Shown here one piece after another: positions 1 through 8,818 of a stretch of 64,000 bases of DNA (within the stretch, counting starts at the first letter, position 1; each line of letters begins with the position of its first letter). The notes under the pieces are model-generated. The model did not search any database. It saw only the letters and a list, made by a program, of their open reading frames with translations, and was not told the origin of the DNA. The translations under genes were made by a program, and so were the position numbers. This DNA comes from Candidatus Onthovivens sp. (GTDB taxonomy: Bacteria; Bacillota_I; Bacilli_A; RFN20; CAG-826): NCBI GenBank assembly GCA_035270825.1, contig DATESL010000015.1, positions 13,529 to 77,528 of the forward strand, read 5' to 3'.

Positions 1-708
1 GTTGAAAAGGGTTTAAGAGAATATGAAGGAATTTATATTTACATTATTAATTCTCTAGCCTCCTTTTACCCAAACTTAATTTTATGCCGTGAAGATGATG
101 CTGGTGATCTTGGATTACGAAAATCAAAATTATCGCTTCATCCCTTAAAAATTGTTAATCATCCTTTATTTATCGCTTTTTCTAATTTTGATTTTCTCTT
201 TAAAGTACCAAAGCTTCAACTTGATGAAGAATATTATTTAGAGGAGTTAAAGGAAGAAGATAAGGATGCTTATTATTACTTAAATATTGATAATGAATTA
301 AATAAATATTATGAACTAAATTATTATGTAGATCTAAATAATCCATTAATCACTAAGGAGTATTTTTATCAAATGGTAATCGATGATTTTAAGCATAAAG
401 AGGCAATCTCTTTTATGCTTAAAAGAAAGGGTTTATTAATTGGAGAAGTAATAATCCATAATATTGATTATCAAAATAGTGCTGAAATTGGCTTTAGAAT
501 TATCAAAGAATATCAAAATAAAGGCTTAGCTTTTAAAAGTGCAATGAAAGTCTTAGAGTTTCTTTTTCTTACTTTAAAAATTTCTTCAATTAAAGCTAAA
601 GTTATTAAAGGAAATATTGGTAGTCAAAAAGTTATTGAAAAACTAGGTTTTGGATATTTAGAAAGTGATGATATTTATCATTATTATTCAAAAATAAATA
701 ATCTTTAG
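1..708 (+). CDS. DUF2156-like domain fused to GNAT N-acetyltransferase (5' end outside window)
   Basis: Frame 1 is open from nt 1 to the TAG at 706-708, so the 111-aa track ORF is only the tail of a longer CDS. The upstream part (REDDAGDLGLRKSKLSLHP) resembles the DUF2156/MprF C-terminal-type domain from memory. The tail (IGFRIIKEYQNKGLAFKSAMKVLEF) is a GNAT acetyl-CoA motif. Confidence 0.6.
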   Translation, partial: VEKGLREYEGIYIYIINSLASFYPNLILCREDDAGDLGLRKSKLSLHPLKIVNHPLFIAFSNFDFLFKVPKLQLDEEYYLEELKEEDKDAYYYLNIDNELNKYYELNYYVDLNNPLITKEYFYQMVIDDFKHKEAISFMLKRKGLLIGEVIIHNIDYQNSAEIGFRIIKEYQNKGLAFKSAMKVLEFLFLTLKISSIKAKVIKGNIGSQKVIEKLGFGYLESDDIYHYYSKINNL

Positions 709-764
709 CGACAAAAAGTAGTATTTGGGTCTAAAAATTGCTATAATAAAGTTCGAGGTATTTT

Positions 765-1676
765 ATGGCATTTTATGTACTTAAAGGTGATTTATTAGAT
801 TTAAAAGTTGATGCAATTGTAGCAGCAGCTAATATTAATTTACGAATGGTTGAAGGTGTTACACGCGCCATTTTTCATCGTGCAGGAGATGCTAAGATGA
901 AAAAGGCTTGTAGTGATATTGGACATTGTCGCGTGGGACATGCGGTGATGACTCCCTCTTTTGATTTTAAAACAACAAAGGCAATAATTCATGCAGTTGG
1001 ACCAAACTATATAAACGGCAAACATAACGAAGAAGCAAACTTAAGAAGTGCTTATGAAGATTCTTTACGTTTATTATTAAAAGAAGGTTATAAATCAATT
1101 GCTTTTCCTCTTTTAAGTGGGGAATTTAATTATCCACTTAGAGAAGCTTATGAAATTGCTTGTGATGTTTTAATTAAATTTGTTAAAGCTCATAATGATA
1201 TTGATATCTTTTTAGTAATGTATAAAAATTTTCCTTTAACAATTGATACCATTTATAAAGATGAAATTATGAATTATTTATCTTTAAATGAAAAAAGTAC
1301 TTTAAGTACTAATCTTAATATAAAAGATAATAATGAATTTGTTGAGTTAACTAATCGCTATATTAAAAGTTTAAAATACGAAGAAGAAGATTTAATTTTT
1401 AAAGCTAATATAAAGGGAGATTTATTATTTAAATTACATAATGATCCACAATTTATTCCATCAAAAAAAGAAGCAATTGCTTTATCAATTGCCTTTGAAT
1501 TAGATTTTACTAGTGCTAATGAATACATTAATAAACTTGGTCATAGCTTTGAAAACTCTAATATCCACGATATTGTTATTAAATATTTTATTGAAAACAA
1601 GATCTATGATATTTATACAATTAATAATGCCTTATTTAATTATAACTTCCCTTCTTTAGGAGAAGAATTTAACTAG
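765..1676 (+). CDS. Macro-domain protein (ADP-ribose / O-acetyl-ADP-ribose hydrolase-like) with unassigned ~150-aa C-terminal extension
   Basis: The N-terminal ~150 aa carry macro-domain signatures (VDAIVAAAN, HAVGPNY, IAFPLLSGEFNYP). GAGG Shine-Dalgarno upstream. The C-terminal half has no motif I recognise. Confidence 0.8.
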   Translation: MAFYVLKGDLLDLKVDAIVAAANINLRMVEGVTRAIFHRAGDAKMKKACSDIGHCRVGHAVMTPSFDFKTTKAIIHAVGPNYINGKHNEEANLRSAYEDSLRLLLKEGYKSIAFPLLSGEFNYPLREAYEIACDVLIKFVKAHNDIDIFLVMYKNFPLTIDTIYKDEIMNYLSLNEKSTLSTNLNIKDNNEFVELTNRYIKSLKYEEEDLIFKANIKGDLLFKLHNDPQFIPSKKEAIALSIAFELDFTSANEYINKLGHSFENSNIHDIVIKYFIENKIYDIYTINNALFNYNFPSLGEEFN

Positions 1677-1691
1677 TAAAAGAATAATCTT

Positions 1692-3443
1692 ATGAAGAAA
1701 AATAAGCACTTAAATAATGGAATACTAGCTGATGAACGTTTAATAAAAGATCTCTCTCTTATTGATTTCAGCAAGCCCCATTTAAGTGAATATCCACGCA
1801 CTCTTTTTAAACGTGACTCATATTTTTGTTTAAATGGAAACTGGGATTTTAAAATAACTAAAAGCTCAGAGTTACCTCTTGAATTTGATGAGGTTATTAA
1901 TGTGCCTTTTTCACCTGAAACAAGTTTAAGCAAAATAAATAAATTAGTAAATATTGATGATTATATGTATTATCGCTTAGAGGTAAACCTCAATGATTTT
2001 TCCTATGAGCATTTAATCCTTCATTTTGAAGGTGTTAATCAAAAAGCTAAACTTTATATAAATAGAAAGTTAGTTTCCACCTTTGAAAGTGGTTATGTTC
2101 GTTATTCAACGCGAATTGATCAACATCTTAAAGAAAATAGTTTTGAAATTATCCTTCAAGTACAAAATTTAATTGATCAAGGACCATATAGTTATGGGAA
2201 GCAAGCCCTTAAACGAGGCGGGATTTATTATACTTCCAGTTCAGGAATTTATAAAACTGTTTGGTTAGAATCACTCCCAATAAACTATCTAAAAGAAATT
2301 AAGATTGATCCCTTATTTGATATTAGTTCTATTCGTTTTTCTTGCATTTCTAAAGTTAATGAAGATATTAAAGTTAAATTTAATAATGAAGAATTTTTAT
2401 TACAATCTAATCAAAATTACATCTTACCAGTTAAAAATGTCAGACATTATTCTCCTTTTGATCCTTATTTATATGAAGTTGAAGTCAGTTCAAATAGTGA
2501 TTTAGTTAAAACTCATTTTGGTTTTAAAAAAATAGAAATAAAAAAAGTTAATAACGTTAATAAAGTATTTTTAAATAATAAAGAATTTTTTATTAAAGGA
2601 ATCCTTCATCAAGGATATTATTATCTTGGGAATTTAACGCCGCTTAGTTATAAAGATTATGAAGCAGATATATTAGCTATTAAAAATCTTGGATTTAATA
2701 CCGTTAGAGTTCATGCTAAAACTGAAAGTGATATTTTTTATTCCCTTTGTGATAAGCATGGTCTTTTAGTAATGCAAGATTTTGTTAATGGTGGTCGAAA
2801 AGCTTTTTCAACTGTTCAGGGTTATTTTAAACAAAAGACTATAAGAAAAGATACAAGTGAAAAATACCAATACTTAGGAAGAGAAGATGAATTAGGACGT
2901 AAAATCTTTGCTAAAGAAGTTGAGGCAGTGATAAAAAATTACTATAACTTTGCAAGTATTATTACTTATACAATTTTTAATGAAGGCTGGGGTCAATTTG
3001 ATTCTAAATTCTTTTATAAAATAGCTAAATCAATGGATCCAAGTAAATTATATGATACTAATAGTGGCTGGTTTGATATTGGAGCCAGCGATTTTCTTTC
3101 TAAACATATTTATTTTACGCGTTTAAAAAACTTTAAACCAAAAGGACGCGCTTATATTCTCTCTGAGATGGGAGGATTAGCCCTAAGAGTTAAGGACCAT
3201 TTTTATGGATGTGAGGGAACTTTTTATAAAGATTTAAAAACAAAGAAGAGATTAAAGAAGAAATATATAAAGATCTTTAATAAAAAACTTCTTCCTTTAA
3301 GTAGGAAAAATTTAGTGGGTTTTGTTTATACGCAGTTTAATGATGTTGAAGATGAGGCTAATGGCTTATATACTTTTGATCGTCAGATTTTAAAGATTGA
3401 TGAAGAAATAATTAAGAATTTAAATGCTTCTTTTAAGGATTAG
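1692..3443 (+). CDS. Glycoside hydrolase family 2 (beta-galactosidase/beta-glucuronidase-like)
   Basis: GH2 sugar-binding and TIM-barrel signatures: HFEGVNQKAKLYINRKLV, GFNTVRVH, acid/base-like FNEGWGQ, nucleophile-like ILSEMGG. Confidence 0.7.
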   Translation: MKKNKHLNNGILADERLIKDLSLIDFSKPHLSEYPRTLFKRDSYFCLNGNWDFKITKSSELPLEFDEVINVPFSPETSLSKINKLVNIDDYMYYRLEVNLNDFSYEHLILHFEGVNQKAKLYINRKLVSTFESGYVRYSTRIDQHLKENSFEIILQVQNLIDQGPYSYGKQALKRGGIYYTSSSGIYKTVWLESLPINYLKEIKIDPLFDISSIRFSCISKVNEDIKVKFNNEEFLLQSNQNYILPVKNVRHYSPFDPYLYEVEVSSNSDLVKTHFGFKKIEIKKVNNVNKVFLNNKEFFIKGILHQGYYYLGNLTPLSYKDYEADILAIKNLGFNTVRVHAKTESDIFYSLCDKHGLLVMQDFVNGGRKAFSTVQGYFKQKTIRKDTSEKYQYLGREDELGRKIFAKEVEAVIKNYYNFASIITYTIFNEGWGQFDSKFFYKIAKSMDPSKLYDTNSGWFDIGASDFLSKHIYFTRLKNFKPKGRAYILSEMGGLALRVKDHFYGCEGTFYKDLKTKKRLKKKYIKIFNKKLLPLSRKNLVGFVYTQFNDVEDEANGLYTFDRQILKIDEEIIKNLNASFKD

Positions 3444-3445
3444 TT

Positions 3446-3838
3446 ATGAAGAAAAAAATTAGCAAGACCAACATGTGTCTTTTATATAATGATGAAGGTA
3501 AAATTTTAGTTATGAACCGTGTTAAATCGGATTGGCCTGGTTTAACTTTTCCTGGCGGGCATATTTTAGAAAATGAAGAAATTAAGACGAGTGTCATTCG
3601 AGAATTTTATGAAGAAACTGGACTAGAAATATCTAATCTTGAGTTTATGGGAATTAAGGAATGGGTTAATCAATTAATGGTTGATCGCTGCTACTTATAT
3701 CGCACTAAAACATTTAGAGGAGATATTAATTCAAGTATTGAGGGAGAAGTATTTTGGATTGATGAAGAAGAGATCAAAAACTATTCCCTATCAACTGATT
3801 TTATCGAAATTTATAATATATTAAAAGGGATGAGTTAA
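3446..3838 (+). CDS. NUDIX hydrolase (MutT-like)
   Basis: Nudix box GGHILENEEIKTSVIREFYEETGL (GX5EX7REUXEEXGU). AAGGA SD upstream. Starts 3 nt after the GH2 stop. Confidence 0.85.
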   Translation: MKKKISKTNMCLLYNDEGKILVMNRVKSDWPGLTFPGGHILENEEIKTSVIREFYEETGLEISNLEFMGIKEWVNQLMVDRCYLYRTKTFRGDINSSIEGEVFWIDEEEIKNYSLSTDFIEIYNILKGMS

Positions 3839-3840
3839 TA

Positions 3841-3866
3841 TCTTCTTTTAAAGAAGAAAGTATTTT
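3841..3866 (+). terminator. Weak hairpin terminator after the NUDIX gene
   Basis: The palindrome TCTTCTTT/AAAGAAGA lies directly after the stop. It is followed by only a short interrupted T stretch. Confidence 0.35.
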
Positions 3867-3894
3867 AATAAGGGTTTAAATAGGTTATAATAAT

Positions 3895-3994
3895 TCAAGA
3901 TTTGGGGAGTAGCGAAGTATATTTTTCGTCAACACGACTTTTTAAAGGAAAGTCCGGAAATATACAATAATAATAATTAGCGAGACCAACTTGA
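3895..3994 (+). promoter_or_regulatory. yybP-ykoY family (Mn2+) riboswitch in the 5' leader of the P-type ATPase
   Basis: Conserved blocks GGGGAGTAGCG (3904-3914), CGTCAAC and TTAGCGAGACC (3977-3987) match the yybP-ykoY core as I remember it from the Lactococcus element. The flanks TCAAG..TTGG / CCAACTTGA can close P1. A TATAAT at 3886-3891 would start the transcript at about 3898. The SD AAGGAG follows at 3998. Confidence 0.8.
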
Positions 3995-4009
3995 TTAAGG
4001 AGAGACTTT

Positions 4010-6805
4010 ATGAAAAAAAGTGTCAATGAAGTTGAGAAGAAGTCGATTAAACGAGTAGCTTATGAGTCTTTAAACTCCAAGCAAACCGTTGAAGCTTTAC
4101 AAAGCGATTTAAAAAAAGGACTGAGTAAAGAAGAAGCTAATGAAAGATTATTAAAATATGGTCCCAATAAGCTTTTAGAAGGCAAGAAGAAATCTATTTT
4201 AAGAATCTTCTTAGATCAAATGAAGAATCCAATGCTTTATGTTTTGTTTGCTGCAGTTGCATTAATCCTTGGGATTAGTATTTATGAAACAATTAATGAA
4301 GGATTTGATTTTTTAAATGTTGGAGATTGGCCTGATGTTATTATTATTTTACTTGTTATTTTAATGAATGGTTTAATTGGAACAATTCAAGAAAAGAAGG
4401 CTCAGACATCTCTTGATGCTTTAAAGAGAATGTCTTCGCCAGAAACAACGGTTGTTCGTGATGGAATAAAAGTCAAAATTAAATCAGAAGAATTAGTAGT
4501 TGGTGATATTGTAATTCTTGAAGAAGGAGATACGATTGGAGCTGACTTACGTTTAATAGAAGCTATTAACTTAAAATGTAATGAATCATCTTTAACTGGA
4601 GAAAGTGTTCCAGTTGAAAAAGATGCCCAAATTGTTTTTTCAAAAGAAGTAGGAATTGGGGACCGTATTAATATGTGTTATATGTCGACTCCAGTTACTT
4701 ATGGAAGAGGAATGGGAATTGTTGTTGCTACTGGAATGAATACAGAGATTGGTAAAATTGCTAAATCTCTTGATAATGAAAATGATGAATTAACTCCACT
4801 TCAAAAAAGACTCGCAGAGTTATCAAAGATTTTAGGAATTATTACAATTGTTGTTGTCGTTCTTGTTTTGGTTGTTGATATTATTTGGATCTTTGTTCAT
4901 GGACAAAATAATGAATTATCTCACTGGATTGAGGCTATTCTTGGAGCAATTGCCTTAGCAGTTGCAGCTGTCCCTGAGGGGTTAGTAGCCGTTGTGACAA
5001 TTGTTTTAAGTATTGGCGTTCAACGCATGGTTAAAGCCAATAGTGTTATTCGTAAATTACCAAGTGTAGAAACTCTTGGTGCAGTTAGTGTTGTTTGTAG
5101 TGATAAAACGGGAACCTTAACGCAAAATAAGATGACAGTTGTTGAAGCCTATACAAATGATACATATTATAAAAAAGAAACTGGAGACTTTAATCCTCAA
5201 AGTGAAAATAAGATGTTAAAATTCCTCTCAAGTGGAATGAGTTTATGTTCAAATGCAACTGTTGATAATGGCTTATATGGTGATCCAACCGAAATTGCTT
5301 TAGTCGTCTTTGCAAATGACTTTGATTTGCATAAAGAATTCTTAGAAGAGAAGATGCCTCGAATTAATGAATTACCATTTGATAGTGTTCGTAAGATGAT
5401 GTCAACACTTCATCAAGATGGGAATAAAGAAATCTCTTTTACCAAAGGGGCTCTTGATTCGATTTTAAAAGGTACAACAAAAATCTTAAAAAATGATAAA
5501 GCAGTTGAAATTACGCAAAAAGATATTGATGATATTTATAAGGCTAATAAGTTCTTTAGTGATAAGGCTTTAAGAGTCTTAGCTCTGGCGATGAAAGAAA
5601 CTAGTAGTATTAAAGAAGAAGACTTAACATTTGTTGGTTTAGTCGCCATGATTGATCCACCTCGAGAAGAAGCTCGACCAGCAGTTGCTAAATTTAAAGA
5701 AGCTGGGATTACCACTGTTATGATTACAGGCGATCATAAAGATACCGCCTATGCTATTGCTAAAGATTTAGGGATTGCTAAAGATCCAAGTGAATGTGTC
5801 ATGGGTTATGAAATTGATGATTTAAATGAAGAAGAATTAAAGAAGTTATGTTTAAAGACTCGTGTCTTTGCTCGAGTTTCTCCTGAAAATAAAGTTTCAA
5901 TCGTTAAAGCCTTTAAAGCTAATGGTAATATTTGTGCAATGACGGGAGATGGGGTTAATGATGCTCCTAGCCTCAAAGCCGCTGATATTGGTATTGCGAT
6001 GGGGATTACTGGAACTGATGTTGCTAAAGGGGCTGCTGATATGGTTTTAACTGATGATAACTTTGCCAGTATTGAAAAAGCCGTTGAAGAAGGACGTAGT
6101 ATTTATGCCAATATTAAAAAGACTGTCTTATTCTTACTTTCAAGTAACTTTGGTGAAGTCTTTGCAATATTTGTTGCCATTTGTATTGGTTTACCTGCTC
6201 CCTTAATTTCAATCCATTTATTATGGGTTAACTTAATTACTGACTCTTTACCTGCTATTGCTCTTGGAATGGATCCTAAAAATCCAAATAATATGAAAGA
6301 AAAACCTCGTGATCAAAATGAATCTTTATTTGCTAATCATGGGTATTTAATTTCAATTAGTTATGGCTGTATTGTTGGTATTATTACCTTACTTGCTTAT
6401 TTAGCTCCAGCCGTTATTGGTGGGTATTCAATTGCTTCCTTCCAAGGATTAATTGATTTATATTCAGATCCAGAGATTTTATCACATGCTCAAACAATGG
6501 CCTTTACTTGTTTAGCCTTCTCTCAACTCTTCCATATGCTTGGAATGAGTAATGTTAGAGAATCATTTGTTAAAGTCTTTAAAAACAAAAACTACATGAT
6601 GCTTATTGCTTTTGCTACTGGTGCCCTCTTACAACTCTTTGTTGTTGAAGTTCCTGGAGTCAATGATATCTTCAAGACTCATGCCTTTGATCCATTAGAA
6701 TGGGTTGTAACATTTGCTCTAGCCACGACTCCGCTTGTTATTCATGAACTAGTTGTCTTATTCCTTTTCTTAAAAAAGAAGTTTAAAAAGACCAAGACTG
6801 CTTAG
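4010..6805 (+). CDS. Cation-transporting P-type ATPase (Ca2+/Mn2+ P2-type)
   Basis: 931 aa with the phosphorylation motif CSDKTGTLT, TGES, the hinge MTGDGVNDAP, and 10 predicted TM segments. The N-terminus is typical of SERCA/PMR-like bacterial pumps. Confidence 0.9.
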   Translation: MKKSVNEVEKKSIKRVAYESLNSKQTVEALQSDLKKGLSKEEANERLLKYGPNKLLEGKKKSILRIFLDQMKNPMLYVLFAAVALILGISIYETINEGFDFLNVGDWPDVIIILLVILMNGLIGTIQEKKAQTSLDALKRMSSPETTVVRDGIKVKIKSEELVVGDIVILEEGDTIGADLRLIEAINLKCNESSLTGESVPVEKDAQIVFSKEVGIGDRINMCYMSTPVTYGRGMGIVVATGMNTEIGKIAKSLDNENDELTPLQKRLAELSKILGIITIVVVVLVLVVDIIWIFVHGQNNELSHWIEAILGAIALAVAAVPEGLVAVVTIVLSIGVQRMVKANSVIRKLPSVETLGAVSVVCSDKTGTLTQNKMTVVEAYTNDTYYKKETGDFNPQSENKMLKFLSSGMSLCSNATVDNGLYGDPTEIALVVFANDFDLHKEFLEEKMPRINELPFDSVRKMMSTLHQDGNKEISFTKGALDSILKGTTKILKNDKAVEITQKDIDDIYKANKFFSDKALRVLALAMKETSSIKEEDLTFVGLVAMIDPPREEARPAVAKFKEAGITTVMITGDHKDTAYAIAKDLGIAKDPSECVMGYEIDDLNEEELKKLCLKTRVFARVSPENKVSIVKAFKANGNICAMTGDGVNDAPSLKAADIGIAMGITGTDVAKGAADMVLTDDNFASIEKAVEEGRSIYANIKKTVLFLLSSNFGEVFAIFVAICIGLPAPLISIHLLWVNLITDSLPAIALGMDPKNPNNMKEKPRDQNESLFANHGYLISISYGCIVGIITLLAYLAPAVIGGYSIASFQGLIDLYSDPEILSHAQTMAFTCLAFSQLFHMLGMSNVRESFVKVFKNKNYMMLIAFATGALLQLFVVEVPGVNDIFKTHAFDPLEWVVTFALATTPLVIHELVVLFLFLKKKFKKTKTA

Positions 6806-6824
6806 TTAGAAATTAAAAAAATAA

Positions 6825-6860
6825 AAACGCTTAAGGAATAATACTTAAGCGTTTTTTTCT
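6825..6860. terminator. Bidirectional rho-independent terminator between convergent genes
   Basis: AAACGCTTAAG-N8-CTTAAGCGTTT, flanked by an A-run upstream and a T-run downstream. Confidence 0.85.
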
Positions 6861-6877
6861 TTTAAGTTTTTAATTAT

Positions 6878-8815
6878 TTAAATCTTAATCTTTTGTTTTT
6901 TAATTTGTTCAGAGTAAGTATCGATTTGAGAGGAGATATTCATCTCTTTAAATTGATTCATATATAACTTATAGTAACGACCTTTTTTATTCATTAAGGT
7001 CACATGATTTCCGTCTTCAACAATTTTCCCCTCACTCATGACAATAATACGATCAGAGTTAATAATTGTTGATAAACGGTGAGCAATAATTAAGGAAGTA
7101 CGACCTTTCGTGATACTATTAATGGCACCTTGAATTTCATGTTCAGTTTCAGTATCAATTGAAGAAGTTGCTTCATCAAGAATTAAAAGATGAGGATTAC
7201 GGATAATGGCTCGAGCAAAGGAGATTAATTGTTTTTGTCCTAAGGATAACTCTTCGCCACCATCACGGAGGAAGGTATCATATTTTTGAGGTAAGGTATT
7301 AATAAATTCATCTAGATTTAACATCTTACAAACTTTAACTATCTCTTCATTAGTAGCATCTAATTTACCATAACGGACATTATCATATAAAGTTCCTTTA
7401 AAGATAAATGGGTTTTGTTGGACATAACCAATATTTGAACGAATCCAACCAACTGAACGTAATTTATAATCAACATCATCAATTAAGACCTCTCCTGAAG
7501 TTGGATCATAGAAGCGGCAAAGGAGATTAACAGTTGTTGATTTACCACAACCTGTTTCACCAACAATGGCGACGGTTGTTCCTTTTTCAATTGTTAAATT
7601 TAAGTTATGAATAATTTCTATTCCTTTATTATAAGAGAAAGAGACATTTCTAAATTCTATTTTTCCTTTAAACTTAGGGAAGTTTTCCACTTTATTATCA
7701 AAGAGACCTCCATATGTCTCAATAACTTTAGCACTATCTACTAAAGTTGGTCTTTCTTCAATAAGAGAGAAGATTTTTTCAACACTCGCCTGAGAGGCCA
7801 TTAAGTCACTAATAATCTCAGCACTATTTTGGATTGGGTTATAAATTTGACCAACAAAGCCAATAAATAAGACTAAGATTGAAATCTCAACAACTCCTTC
7901 AGGATCCATTAAAAGCATTGGACCAACAAGAATTATTAAGGCGGTAGTAATTGCACTGATAATTGAAATAGAAGGTTGGAAGAAGGCACTAAAACAGTTA
8001 GCTTTATATCTTTTTACGCGGATATCTTCAGTCACATCTCCACACTCTTTTTTCATTCGATCTTCAATTGACATTACTTTAATAGTTTTATTACCACTAA
8101 TACACTCTGCTAACCACCCAACAAAGTAACTATAAGCATTACGAGCAATACGGTGTAATTTAAGGATACGAGTTTCAAAGAAGAAGATAATTAAACCAAC
8201 AATTGGGGTAGTAGCTAAAATAATAAGTGATAGCTGCCAAGAAATAGTAAACATTGTAATTAAAGTAAAGATTACATCAAAGACAATCCAAAAGATTGAT
8301 AGAAGAGAATAACTCATGACTTCACCAACTGTACTGGTATCATTTTGTAAACGAGCAATTAACCAGCCACTGCTTGTTTTATCAAAGTAAGAGAAGGAGA
8401 GTTCTTGAATCTTTTTAAAAGCATCTCTTCTTAAATTAACCATAATTATCATTTGAAAATAACTCATAATAAAGAATGTTCCAAAGATGGCCACAGAACG
8501 AAGTAGAATCATTACAATATAGGTAATTAGAAAACTAGCAAAAGATAATTCAATGGTAATTCCAAGAATTTTTGGTGTGAGAGTAATATCCCAAATACTT
8601 TGGATGCCATCAACTAAACCAGCATTATTTTTAAAAGCACCAATTAAACTTGCTGACATTGTTGGAACAAAAGAAGCATCATAAAAGGAAGTAAAAGCCA
8701 TACATCCAATAATTAATATAACTAGTGGCCAATACTTGGCTAAGTATTTAAAAGCCTTGCCCCAAATGGCAAGATTAACTTTTTCAATTGTTAATTCTTC
8801 TCTATATTGAGCCAT
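6878..8815 (-). CDS. ABC exporter, fused permease/ATP-binding subunit (heterodimer partner B)
   Basis: Six N-terminal TM helices, Walker A GETGCGKST, signature LSLGQKQ, Walker B LLILDEATS. Confidence 0.9.
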   Translation of the reverse strand: MAQYREELTIEKVNLAIWGKAFKYLAKYWPLVILIIGCMAFTSFYDASFVPTMSASLIGAFKNNAGLVDGIQSIWDITLTPKILGITIELSFASFLITYIVMILLRSVAIFGTFFIMSYFQMIIMVNLRRDAFKKIQELSFSYFDKTSSGWLIARLQNDTSTVGEVMSYSLLSIFWIVFDVIFTLITMFTISWQLSLIILATTPIVGLIIFFFETRILKLHRIARNAYSYFVGWLAECISGNKTIKVMSIEDRMKKECGDVTEDIRVKRYKANCFSAFFQPSISIISAITTALIILVGPMLLMDPEGVVEISILVLFIGFVGQIYNPIQNSAEIISDLMASQASVEKIFSLIEERPTLVDSAKVIETYGGLFDNKVENFPKFKGKIEFRNVSFSYNKGIEIIHNLNLTIEKGTTVAIVGETGCGKSTTVNLLCRFYDPTSGEVLIDDVDYKLRSVGWIRSNIGYVQQNPFIFKGTLYDNVRYGKLDATNEEIVKVCKMLNLDEFINTLPQKYDTFLRDGGEELSLGQKQLISFARAIIRNPHLLILDEATSSIDTETEHEIQGAINSITKGRTSLIIAHRLSTIINSDRIIVMSEGKIVEDGNHVTLMNKKGRYYKLYMNQFKEMNISSQIDTYSEQIKKQKIKI

Positions 8816-8818
8816 ATC

